IMG/VR virus record: IMGVR_UViG_3300023174_000117 | Coordinates: 1 to 64,000 of that record | Origin: a virus | Reading direction: 5' to 3' (one strand) | Length of the DNA stretch: 64,000 nt | Shown: one piece after another, positions 30,191 to 38,792 of the stretch | Numbering within the stretch: position 1 is the stretch's first letter | How the letters are laid out: every line of letters starts with the position of its first letter | Program-made: the position numbers and the translations under genes | Notes under the pieces: model-generated | What the model was told of the DNA's origin: nothing | Seen by the model: only the letters and a program-made list of their open reading frames with translations | Databases searched by the model: none

Positions 30191-31276
30191 ATGAAAAAAT
30201 TAAAAGTTGGAATTACAACCAGAGATGAGGCAAGTATTTGGTCTAATGGTTTGGACCAAAATATATATTTTCTGTATAAGATGCTTGAAGACATGGGTTA
30301 TGACCCACATTTGATTACAGAAGCACAGAATTCTCTAAAACTTGTCGACATTAAAGTTGAAAAACAGGATGTCTATTCTATTCGAGAGTTTGACCTTGTA
30401 CTTGAAGTAGCTCACCCATTAAGTGAGAAACTTACTTCATATTATAACAGCCTTGGAAAACCATTAGTTTCTATAAAATATGGAAACTCTTTTATGATAG
30501 ATTTGGAAAAATATATTCAAAAAAATGGAGAAAATAAAAATTTTTCTACAGGTGTAAATATCCCATTCCGAAATAGAGAGATTTGGGTTTCAGAACAATT
30601 CTATAAATTCAAGGATTATATAGAAGTTTTAACAAGAACTAACGTCAAAGTAATTCCTTACATTTGGGATTCTTCTATATTAAGAATGTATGATGAGGGC
30701 TTTCATAATCAGGATATGAAAGTTAAGAAAGAAGATTTCAGAAAGTTAGCTATAGTTGAGCCAAACTTAAATATATTGAAAAACTGCATGGTCCCTCTAG
30801 CTATATGTGATATGGCTTACGATAAAAGAAGTGACCTGATCAAGGAAGTTCTTTGCTTCAATTCAAAGTCGATGGATAAAAATAACGTATTTATGAATTA
30901 TATTAAGTGCTTAAATATACATAAGAATAAAATATCTTCCTATGAGGGCAGATACCCATTGTATAAGATATTTAAAAATAACAATGCAAATACGATTATT
31001 TCAAATCAACTTTTTAACGAACAAAATTATGTCTACTTAGAAACGCTTTTTTACAAAAGACTTCTTATTCACAATAGCCCGCTATTTAAAGATGTTGGAT
31101 ATTACTATCCGGAATTTGATGTAAATAAAGGTTCCGACGTATTGATTGAGGCGCTGGAATCATTCGATCAAGTTAAACATATTGATTCTTATGAGGCGAA
31201 ACTAGAGCAAGTTTCTATTTATAATGAGAAGAACCAACAAGTGACAAGAGAACTTATTGAAGGTGTTTTAAAATGA
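30191..31276 (+). CDS. DUF2827-like putative GT-B glycosyltransferase A
   Basis: N-terminal KVGIT...IWSNGLDQNIYFL; PYIW; IVEPNLNILKN..VP; C-terminal NYVYLETLF...LIHNS...GYYY, which resembles the GT-B donor-binding motif. Confidence 0.7.
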   Translation: MKKLKVGITTRDEASIWSNGLDQNIYFLYKMLEDMGYDPHLITEAQNSLKLVDIKVEKQDVYSIREFDLVLEVAHPLSEKLTSYYNSLGKPLVSIKYGNSFMIDLEKYIQKNGENKNFSTGVNIPFRNREIWVSEQFYKFKDYIEVLTRTNVKVIPYIWDSSILRMYDEGFHNQDMKVKKEDFRKLAIVEPNLNILKNCMVPLAICDMAYDKRSDLIKEVLCFNSKSMDKNNVFMNYIKCLNIHKNKISSYEGRYPLYKIFKNNNANTIISNQLFNEQNYVYLETLFYKRLLIHNSPLFKDVGYYYPEFDVNKGSDVLIEALESFDQVKHIDSYEAKLEQVSIYNEKNQQVTRELIEGVLK

Positions 31277-32349
31277 GAAAACTCAAGATAGGTGTGACCT
31301 GCAAGGACTCCTCTAAACTTTGGTCCAATGGTTTAACTCAAAATGCTTATTTTTTAATTGAACTTCTAAAAAAGATAGGATACAAGAGAGTTGATCCCGT
31401 ATCTCAATTTGATGATGCGAAAAAATTTATAGAAGAATATGAAATACTCCATTTAAATAAAGACACGATCACAAATTATGATCTTATTATTGAGGTTTGT
31501 TATTCCGTTACTGATAACCTATTAGATTATGCAAAAAAGAAAGGTATAAAGGTAATAACGATTAACTACGGCAACATCCTGATGTTGATGCAGGAGGACT
31601 TAGTTTTAAATCCAAAAAGCAATCCTGCGGTTAATAGAGGCGGATTAGACTCTTGGATCTCTCCACACTTTGAGTTTTCAAAAGGATTTGTTGAGACAAC
31701 ATCAAAGGGAAGGGTTGAAATCTGTCCTTATATTTGGTCTCCAAAGATATTTAACAAATATTGCAAAACAAATAATTTAGATATTTTTTATAAAGACAAA
31801 GCAAACATAAACAAAGTTGGAATATTTGAATCAAATATAAACATAATTAAAACATGTATTTATCCTCTAATTTCTTTGGAGAAGTTAGAGAGAGAAGATA
31901 AAAATATAATAAAGGAAATCCTCATCTTTAATGCTGTACATCTGAAGGATAACCCTAAATTCAAGGAAATAACATCAAATTTTGATATATTTTTAAACAA
32001 AAAAATATCGGCAGAGGGAAGATACCCACTGCCGAATATGTTGGCGAAAGGCTATGTTGGAATGATTCTCTCTCACCAATTTTATTGCGATCTAAATTAT
32101 CTAACTCTAGAAGGATTTTATTCTGGTCACCCCGTAATTCATAACAGCGAATTCTGTAAGGATGCTGGATATTTTTACGAAACATTTAGTGCGGATAGCT
32201 GCGTATCTCAAATAAAGAAGGCCATAGAAACTCACGATGAAAATATAGAAAATTATAGAAAATCGGCCAAAGAAGTTATATTTAAGTTCTCCGCAGAGAA
32301 TCCAGAGAACATAACAAAATATAGATATCTTATAGATAATATCAGCTAG
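31273..32349 (+). CDS. DUF2827-like putative GT-B glycosyltransferase B
   Basis: Tandem paralog joined by an ATGA overlap. LWSNGLTQNAYFL; PYIWSP; NYLTLEGFYSGHPVIHNS...GYFY (GT4-like LE...G.PVI motif). Confidence 0.7.
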   Translation: MRKLKIGVTCKDSSKLWSNGLTQNAYFLIELLKKIGYKRVDPVSQFDDAKKFIEEYEILHLNKDTITNYDLIIEVCYSVTDNLLDYAKKKGIKVITINYGNILMLMQEDLVLNPKSNPAVNRGGLDSWISPHFEFSKGFVETTSKGRVEICPYIWSPKIFNKYCKTNNLDIFYKDKANINKVGIFESNINIIKTCIYPLISLEKLEREDKNIIKEILIFNAVHLKDNPKFKEITSNFDIFLNKKISAEGRYPLPNMLAKGYVGMILSHQFYCDLNYLTLEGFYSGHPVIHNSEFCKDAGYFYETFSADSCVSQIKKAIETHDENIENYRKSAKEVIFKFSAENPENITKYRYLIDNIS

Positions 32350-32683
32350 ATTTCATATATTTGACAATAACTACGGATGTTCCTGGCAGCCAACGATTGA
32401 AATTTCCATCGTATAAAACGAAATCAAATCCATCCAAAGATGTTTTTTCTGAAAAATCAAAGTCATGAGAAGCTTTTAATCCGTTGACAAAAACTTCTAA
32501 TGATGAACTTACAAAGCTATAGGAAGTAATGTAGCTATATTTTCCAGGAAGAACTTGTTTTGTTATATCCTCGGTGATGTGTATGACACCGTTTATTTCA
32601 GTTCTTATTACGCTATTTCCATATGGCGTATTTCCTTCATCCGTAACTGAAAAATTTCCAGATGTTATATTAATTATTGCCAT
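32342..32683 (-). CDS. Small virion beta-sandwich protein
   Basis: 113 aa. SLEVFVNG motif is shared with the C-terminal domain of the 918-aa fibre. Confidence 0.5.
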   Translation of the reverse strand: MAIINITSGNFSVTDEGNTPYGNSVIRTEINGVIHITEDITKQVLPGKYSYITSYSFVSSSLEVFVNGLKASHDFDFSEKTSLDGFDFVLYDGNFNRWLPGTSVVIVKYMKSS

Positions 32684-32993
32684 CTATTTCCTCAAATACC
32701 TCTAAAAATGGTGCATTTGGAACTTCGTTGTTTATAGGAAATCGCATAGCATCATCTGGATTCGTATAAATATCGTTGGCTTGAACAAAATTATCAAAGT
32801 GATATTTGAACGCAAAGTCTTTATAAGCGGCAATCCATTTGTTTAGTCTTAGCAACTGCTGCCTTGTCTCCGAAGAAAGAGCTTCGCTATGGTCTTGCAG
32901 TAAAAGCTCTTCAAATGGCTTGTAATAAAAATTTGCATCATTTTCAGCACGCTCTTGACAAACCCTGTTCTTTGATTTGACATAAACAGGCAT
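32670..32993 (-). CDS. Hypothetical protein
   Basis: Start reassigned to MPVYVK after a GGAGG RBS. 107 aa. Confidence 0.55.
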   Translation of the reverse strand: MPVYVKSKNRVCQERAENDANFYYKPFEELLLQDHSEALSSETRQQLLRLNKWIAAYKDFAFKYHFDNFVQANDIYTNPDDAMRFPINNEVPNAPFLEVFEEIDGNN

Positions 32994-32994
32994 A

Positions 32995-33345
32995 TTAGGC
33001 CCTCCCAATTCTCTCTAAAAAGCTTCGAGCCCTGTCCGAAGGATGCATTGCGGAAAATTCAGTATTTTCTTCGGAAGTTATTCCGGTTGAAGATGGTCCT
33101 TCCTGCCCTGGTTTATTCTGTTCACTTATGGACTCAAGAATCGGAAGTATTTCAGAGTAGACCTCCTCTCTAACTTTCCCATCATATTTGACCATAATTA
33201 CTTTATTTAAATCGTTACAATCATCATTCAATATATCCTTAAGGCAGTCCAAATAACCTTCTGAGTAAGAAACAGCCTTACTACTTTCACTTTTTGCATT
33301 TTTTATTTGCGAAATTAAATTTAATAACTTATCTCTAGCATTCAT
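32995..33345 (-). CDS. Hypothetical protein
   Basis: Start reassigned to MNARDK (AGGAG RBS) because the longer start runs through the terminator. 116 aa. Confidence 0.6.
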   Translation of the reverse strand: MNARDKLLNLISQIKNAKSESSKAVSYSEGYLDCLKDILNDDCNDLNKVIMVKYDGKVREEVYSEILPILESISEQNKPGQEGPSSTGITSEENTEFSAMHPSDRARSFLERIGRA

Positions 33346-33392
33346 ATTGACTCCTAGAATATAAGTCTTAATTAGTAATAGGGCGAATAATA

Positions 33393-33429
33393 AATAAAAA
33401 AAGAGGGGGTGAGAAAAACTCACCCCCTC
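33393..33429 (-). terminator. Intrinsic terminator after Ser/Thr-rich fibre gene
   Basis: Perfect 11-bp stem GAGGGGGTGAG/CTCACCCCCTC followed by T7. Confidence 0.85.
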
Positions 33430-33459
33430 CATCAGATTAAAACAGCTTTATTTTGCCAA

Positions 33460-36216
33460 TTAGGCGATTGCTTCTGTACCGACTAGGTTATAGCGAACCT
33501 GAATCTCGTCACCATTGGTGAGCTTGAAGGGGAATGCTATACCGAAGGTATCGGTGCCTACGTCGGAGTAGAAGAGGTAATCACCATTGAGACCAGAGAA
33601 GGAGATAGAGCTTGGTGCAGAGATAACCTTGATGGCTCCAAATGCATCAAACACTGGTCTTAGGAGGTTACCGTTTACAAAGACTTCGAGACCAGGTACG
33701 AATACGAATGGTGCAGACTGAACGATGTCAGGTCCGAAGTTGAATGTATAGGTCTTCTTGAGAGCGGATGCAGTGTCAAGATTGATGTTAGTTGCAGCGG
33801 AAACAGAAGAGAATCCACCAGAACCAACTCTAGCCATAAAGACCTTGGTAGCAGTGTCAGCAGTAATTGAAGCTTCAGCGGAGGCGATGGTGCTTTCGGC
33901 ATCAGATAGTCTTGCTTCGATAGAAGAATCGACGGAAGCGCGAGCAACCTCTTCATCGGAGAGACGGCTGGTTAGGGATGAATCACCAACTTCTCTTGCA
34001 GACTCTTCGGTAGAGAGGCGTGTGGTGAGAGATGTGTCACCAGAAGCTCTGGTAGACTCTTCGGTGGAGAGACGAGTCTCTAGAGAAGTATCGGCAGAAG
34101 CTCTTGTGGAAACCTCGGTAGAGATACGACCAGCGAGAGAGGCATCGGCAGATGCTCTTAGAGATACTTCGTCAGAGAGGCGACCAGCGAGAGATGCGTC
34201 AACAGAAGAGCGAGTAACTTCCTCAGAAGAGAGACGGGTTGTGAAGGAAGTATCAGCAGAAGATCTGGTAGACTCTTCGGTAGAGAGACGGGTCTCTAGG
34301 GAGGTGTCAGCAGAAGCTCTTACAGATGCTTCGAGGGTATCAGCAGATGCACGAACAGACTCTTCAGTGGAGAGACGGGTGGTTAGAGAGGAGTCGCCAG
34401 AAATTCTGGAAGACTCTTCGCTGGAAACCTGAACGGCGAGTGAAGAATCGGCAGCGGCTCTGACAGAAGCTTCGACAGAATCTGCAGAAGAGCGAGCAAC
34501 TTCCTCAGAAGATAGGCGAACGGTTAGAGAAGAATCGCCTGCGCTTCTTAGGGAGACCTCATCAGAGATACGACCCATTAGAGAGGAATCTGCAGAAGCT
34601 CTGACAGAAGCCTCAACGGAGTCGGCAGAAGCTCTTACGGAAACCTCGTTAGAGATTAGAGTAGAGAGAGATGTATCTGCTGTAGCTCTGGTGGACTCTT
34701 CGGTTGATAGTCTGGTTGTGAGAGAGGTATCTGCAGCAGCTCTGGTAGAGGCTTCGGTGGAGATTCTGGTATCAATGCTGCTTACTAGACCGGAAAGTTC
34801 GTTGTAGTCTGCGAACTTAACGAGAGAGTAGAGCAGACCGAGTGGGCCCCAGGTAGAGATGGTTAGATCGCCATCAACTTCGGAGACGACAACATAAGCG
34901 TCGTTACCGTCCTTGACGTAGTATGCCCAACCTTCCATTACTGGAGTGCCACCTGCTGAAATAACAGAGTTATAAGCAGTTACATCACCAGCAGCAACTG
35001 GAGTTGCGGCACTCATGGCGGACTCTAGAGCGCTTACAGTGGCGAATGAACCCTTCCAGGTTACACCGGCAACCATACCAGCTTCGATGATGCTAACTCT
35101 GATACCTAGAGAGCTGTCGCCTGCAGTCCTGGAGGACTCTTCGGTGGAAACTCTGGAGGTTAGAGAGGTATCAGCAGAAGCTCTGATTGAAGCCTCAAGA
35201 TCGTCAGCAGATGCACGAGTAGAAACCTCATCGGAGATACGAACGGCGAGAGAGGAATCACCAGCGGCTCTGACAGAAACCTCGTCGGAGACAAGGGCTG
35301 CGAGAGAAGAATCTGCAGTAGAGCGAGTGGCCTCTTCAGAGGAAAGACGGGTGGTGAGAGAGGTGTCGGCAGAAGCTCTTACAGAAGCCTCGGTGGAGAG
35401 GTTTGCAGCGAGAGAAGCATCGCCAGAAGCTCTTGCAGAAACCTCATTGGAGATGCGGCCAGCGAGAGAAGCATCGCCAGAAGATCTTAGGGAGACCTCA
35501 TCGGAGATACGGCCAGCGAGAGAGGTGTCAGCAGAAGTTCTTGCGGAGACTTCGCTAGAAACGAGTACGGCGAGAGAAGAGTCGGCAGAAGAACGAGTTA
35601 CTTCCTCAGAAGAAACGCGAACGGTTAGAGAGGCATCGGCAGAATCTCTGACAGAAGCTTCTACAGAGTCTGCAGAAGAACGTGCAACTTCTTCAGAAGA
35701 AACGCGAACGGTGAGAGAAGAATCGGCAAGCTCTCTGGTGGACTCTTCAGTAGAGAGGCGAACAGTGAGGGATGAATCACCAGCAGCTCTTAAGGATACT
35801 TCGTCGGAAACGAGAACGGCGAGAGAAGAATCTGCAGAAGAACGAGTTACTTCCTCAGAAGAGAGGCGAGTGGTGAGGGAGGTGTCAGCAGAACCTCTTG
35901 TAGAAACTTCTACGGAGAGGCTGGACTCTAGAGATGCATCTGCGGAAGCTCTGACGGAGACTTCGACAGAATCTGCAGAAGCGCGAGTAGACTCTTCGGT
36001 AGAAACTCTGGAGGTTAGAGAGCTATCAGCAGATAGTCTGGTGGAAGACTCTGCGGTCATTACTGACTCTACGGAGCTCTTATCAGGTACGACGTTCCAG
36101 TCTACTGCTAGTGCGCCAGTTGCGTCAATTGTAGTTAAGCCACCGGTGCCAAGACCGGAGCGCTCCTCAAGTGTGATCTGGTCACCTGAGATTTTGGTAT
36201 TAAAGGCTCTTGCCAT
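33460..36216 (-). CDS. Ser/Thr-rich repeat coiled-coil fibre protein (probable head or virion fibre)
   Basis: 918 aa with dozens of 18-aa (SLTTRLSTEESTRASADT) and 11-aa units, a central globular knob and a C-terminal LEVFVNG domain. Codon style matches the capsid gene. Confidence 0.75.
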   Translation of the reverse strand: MARAFNTKISGDQITLEERSGLGTGGLTTIDATGALAVDWNVVPDKSSVESVMTAESSTRLSADSSLTSRVSTEESTRASADSVEVSVRASADASLESSLSVEVSTRGSADTSLTTRLSSEEVTRSSADSSLAVLVSDEVSLRAAGDSSLTVRLSTEESTRELADSSLTVRVSSEEVARSSADSVEASVRDSADASLTVRVSSEEVTRSSADSSLAVLVSSEVSARTSADTSLAGRISDEVSLRSSGDASLAGRISNEVSARASGDASLAANLSTEASVRASADTSLTTRLSSEEATRSTADSSLAALVSDEVSVRAAGDSSLAVRISDEVSTRASADDLEASIRASADTSLTSRVSTEESSRTAGDSSLGIRVSIIEAGMVAGVTWKGSFATVSALESAMSAATPVAAGDVTAYNSVISAGGTPVMEGWAYYVKDGNDAYVVVSEVDGDLTISTWGPLGLLYSLVKFADYNELSGLVSSIDTRISTEASTRAAADTSLTTRLSTEESTRATADTSLSTLISNEVSVRASADSVEASVRASADSSLMGRISDEVSLRSAGDSSLTVRLSSEEVARSSADSVEASVRAAADSSLAVQVSSEESSRISGDSSLTTRLSTEESVRASADTLEASVRASADTSLETRLSTEESTRSSADTSFTTRLSSEEVTRSSVDASLAGRLSDEVSLRASADASLAGRISTEVSTRASADTSLETRLSTEESTRASGDTSLTTRLSTEESAREVGDSSLTSRLSDEEVARASVDSSIEARLSDAESTIASAEASITADTATKVFMARVGSGGFSSVSAATNINLDTASALKKTYTFNFGPDIVQSAPFVFVPGLEVFVNGNLLRPVFDAFGAIKVISAPSSISFSGLNGDYLFYSDVGTDTFGIAFPFKLTNGDEIQVRYNLVGTEAIA
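33880..36060 (-). repeat. Degenerate coding tandem repeats (54-nt and 33-nt units) in two blocks
   Basis: E-x-S-x-R-x-S-A/G-D periodicity. Blocks at about 35090-36060 and 33880-34780; boundaries are approximate. Confidence 0.85.
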
Positions 36217-36232
36217 TTGATTAATTCCTAAA

Positions 36233-36386
36233 TATTGAAAGTAGTTACTCTATAACTATCTCTGTAACTGCAACTATACTTTGAACTTTGAGAATCATTA
36301 TTTGATTCTAGTGTTGCCACTTATTATTGAAAAAAATAATATAGTTTATTTCCAAATATTATTTTTCGCAACATAATCTTTCAATA
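36233..36386 (-). promoter_or_regulatory. Putative structured 5' leader RNA of the fibre gene
   Basis: Nested inverted repeats at 36233-41/36378-86 (9 bp), 36291-97/36303-09 (7 bp), 36312-17/36368-73 (6 bp) and 36332-42/36356-66 (11 bp). Confidence 0.4.
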
Positions 36387-36447
36387 AAAGACAAATCTTA
36401 TTAATTACAAAAATCCAATCACGGCTATTATGCCAATGTTACATAAA

Positions 36448-36456
36448 TATTAGTAG
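36448..36456 (-). promoter_or_regulatory. Putative late promoter motif CTACTAATA
   Basis: Same motif as upstream of the sheath gene. About 230 nt upstream of the fibre ATG. Confidence 0.5.
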
Positions 36457-36467
36457 ATTTTAAAAAA

Positions 36468-36701
36468 TTAATTTCTATAAAGCATTTTTTTAATAACTCT
36501 AACATGATTATCGAACTTACAAAAATCGCTGTTCAGATATTCGACAGAGTATTTTGGACCAACATCCTCCGAATCTTTGAAGATAAATTCGAATTTTCCG
36601 GATGGAGTTTTTCCGCACTTAATTAACTCTAGACCTTTCATTGCTAAAAATGCCGCCAACGAAAGATCTGATGTTATAAATTTCTTGACTTCATTATCCA
36701 T
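36468..36701 (-). CDS. Small DUF5659-like protein
   Basis: 77 aa. TSDLSLAAFL..KG...F.F pattern, recognised from memory. Confidence 0.5.
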   Translation of the reverse strand: MDNEVKKFITSDLSLAAFLAMKGLELIKCGKTPSGKFEFIFKDSEDVGPKYSVEYLNSDFCKFDNHVRVIKKMLYRN

Positions 36702-36791
36702 GTAATATTACACTCTTTATGATAGTAACTATAATATGAGTAGAATTGCACAACCACAGGGATATATTACCAGTAATTATACAAATTTAAT

Positions 36792-37031
36792 CTATTTGTC
36801 ATCATCTTTTTTATCTTGATATACTTCATTATATAGATTATTGCTTGGCTCAATTCCATTTAATTCTTCTTCAACATTGAATATATCGCTAAAATCACTC
36901 TCTGTAGATGTAACTGAATCTGGAGGTACATAATTGGTATCTCGGCGATGCTTTAGTCCGCCAGGATCTGATGACTTCTTCTGAACCAGATTTTTAAAAA
37001 CTAACCTATTTTTTAATCTTGCTTTATTCAT
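36792..37031 (-). CDS. Hypothetical protein
   Basis: Start reassigned to MNKARL. 79 aa with a basic N-terminus and an acidic C-terminus. Confidence 0.45.
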   Translation of the reverse strand: MNKARLKNRLVFKNLVQKKSSDPGGLKHRRDTNYVPPDSVTSTESDFSDIFNVEEELNGIEPSNNLYNEVYQDKKDDDK

Positions 37032-37045
37032 TTTCTTTAACCCCC

Positions 37046-37078
37046 AAAACAAATAAAGGGGGCTTTTGGCCCCCTTTA
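37046..37078 (-). terminator. Intrinsic terminator after major capsid gene
   Basis: TAAAGGGGGC/GCCCCCTTTA stem followed by a T-rich tract. Confidence 0.8.
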
Positions 37079-37099
37079 AGTGTTCCTGACTAAATTAGA

Positions 37100-38122
37100 T
37101 TAGGCAGAGACGGTGCCAGTGGCGACGCCACGGGGGTTGACGATACCGATACCAATGATCTCGGAGACAACCCAACCGAGCTTGAGCTGCTTGGGCTCAT
37201 CGGCGGGGAGGACTTCGATGTCCTGGCGAACTGGCATGACACCAACTAGCTCTGGCTCTGCGGTTGCGAAAGCCTTGCCAGCGGGAACGATCTTGGAGAC
37301 GATGATATCGGCGCCGAAGATCTGGCCATAGAGACCGGTCTGTAGAATCTCTCTCTGGGTGACTGGATCAACCATTGAGCTACCTGCTGCACCAGCGGAC
37401 TCCCAGTTTAGGATGTCGGTGAACTCATTGATGTTGAGGAAGTACTTAGAGGTAACGAGGTCCCAACGATCGATCTGACGCTTGAGGTTGAGCATACCGT
37501 CCTTGGCGAGCTGGCCGAGTCTGGAGCTTACATCGAGGGTCTGAGAATCGTTCTCGCCGCCCTTGGAGGTGTCACCGGCGAAATCTAGGGCTGCGAAGAC
37601 GTTGGCATCTTCCTGAGCCTGGATTTCCTGGCGAGCCTTCTGCTGAGCACGGTCAACGATGTTGAAACGACGACGCTTGACTTCAGCAATACGGACGGTG
37701 GGGTTAGAGACGATTTCGAACTCTGGAACTGTGACGCGATCACCGAATACACGGCTTTCTGGAGCAGAACCATTGGAGGAAACGACTACTGCGGCTACGT
37801 CGATATCACGATCGTAGACTGGTAGTGCGCCCTGGGGTAGAGGATCAACGACGAGGGCCTTACGACCAACGCCCTGATAGTCTAAGTTGCGGCGGATGGG
37901 GGTAGCCATAGCCTGACCTAGAGCAATCTTGCCCTCCTGGGTCATGAGAGCCTGCTTGATCATATCGTCTCTCTGGTCATCGCTTAGAGATGGAGCAGAA
38001 GCGACAACAGAGTTGGATGGCTGAAGCTCTTCGATGATAGATGCGTATTTTACGATCTGCTGAAGTGCCTCTTTTACGTTGCTGGCGTTTAGTTCGCCAT
38101 GAGTATTGAAGATGTTAGACAT
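37100..38122 (-). CDS. Major capsid protein (HK97 fold)
   Basis: 340 aa. PIRRNLDYQGVGRKALVVDPLPQGALPVYD; G.IFGADIIVS; C-terminal GIGIVNP.GV. Strong AAGGAG RBS, biased codons, terminator downstream. Confidence 0.9.
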   Translation of the reverse strand: MSNIFNTHGELNASNVKEALQQIVKYASIIEELQPSNSVVASAPSLSDDQRDDMIKQALMTQEGKIALGQAMATPIRRNLDYQGVGRKALVVDPLPQGALPVYDRDIDVAAVVVSSNGSAPESRVFGDRVTVPEFEIVSNPTVRIAEVKRRRFNIVDRAQQKARQEIQAQEDANVFAALDFAGDTSKGGENDSQTLDVSSRLGQLAKDGMLNLKRQIDRWDLVTSKYFLNINEFTDILNWESAGAAGSSMVDPVTQREILQTGLYGQIFGADIIVSKIVPAGKAFATAEPELVGVMPVRQDIEVLPADEPKQLKLGWVVSEIIGIGIVNPRGVATGTVSA

Positions 38123-38149
38123 TTTTTTCTCCTTTTTATCCTTATTTAA

Positions 38150-38776
38150 TTACTTAGACACGCCTAAGAGGTAGACAGCGTAGTATTCTGGGGTTGCGAG
38201 TGATGCACCGGTTGCAGCAGCGGCGGTGGTGCTAACGAGTGAGCTATCAGCAACAGTATTGACGAATACTGCGACCTGTGGACCGGAGGAAGCGGTGGAG
38301 AGAAGACCGGTTGAAGAAACAGCGTAGAGCTTGGTGTTAACGGAAGCTGGTAGAGCGCCGAAAGCATCTGCAGTTACGCCATATAGACCTGGCATGGACC
38401 ATAGGGTGGCCTTGCCGGAAGCGAAGAAGGTCTTTGGACCGACGACAACAGCGCCAGTGGCGCCAGAGACAGCGTAAGCGCCAGAGACGAAGCCGGTGCC
38501 CTGACCTGCGGTGCCGCCAATGACGGTGCCGTAGAGGGTGCCATAACCGCTGGTGCCTTCATCGAGGAGGCCGTATAGCTCGCCTGCGGCGGGCTGACCG
38601 GTGGTTAGCTTGACGTCTGGAGCGATAGAAAGACCGCCAGCGTCAGCAGCGTAGTAATCGCCAGAAGCGACAGTCTCAAATACGCCAACTTCACCGCCAA
38701 CGAGGGAGGTTACAGTATCCTTAAGATCGTACTGGCCGAGGGGTAGGTAGCCAGGATGTAGTGGTTTTAATGCCAT
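38150..38776 (-). CDS. Capsid cement/decoration protein
   Basis: 208 aa, Gly/Ala-rich, directly upstream of the capsid gene with the same codon bias. YGLLDE and SGKATLW..PGLY motifs. Confidence 0.65.
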   Translation of the reverse strand: MALKPLHPGYLPLGQYDLKDTVTSLVGGEVGVFETVASGDYYAADAGGLSIAPDVKLTTGQPAAGELYGLLDEGTSGYGTLYGTVIGGTAGQGTGFVSGAYAVSGATGAVVVGPKTFFASGKATLWSMPGLYGVTADAFGALPASVNTKLYAVSSTGLLSTASSGPQVAVFVNTVADSSLVSTTAAAATGASLATPEYYAVYLLGVSK

Positions 38777-38792
38777 TTGTTACTCCTAAAAG

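Noticed and set aside
33346-33432. N-terminal hydrophobic extension of ORF 32995..33432
   Set aside because: It is a translation of the terminator and T-tract. The better start is ATG 33345 with an AGGAG RBS.
33880-36060. Possible CRISPR array or non-coding repeat
   Set aside because: Units are degenerate at synonymous positions, are multiples of 3 nt and have no repeat-spacer structure. No cas genes are present.
33758-36220. Long plus-strand ORFs (224 aa and 401 aa)
   Set aside because: Antisense shadows of the repetitive, codon-biased fibre gene. They have no RBS and mirror its periodicity.
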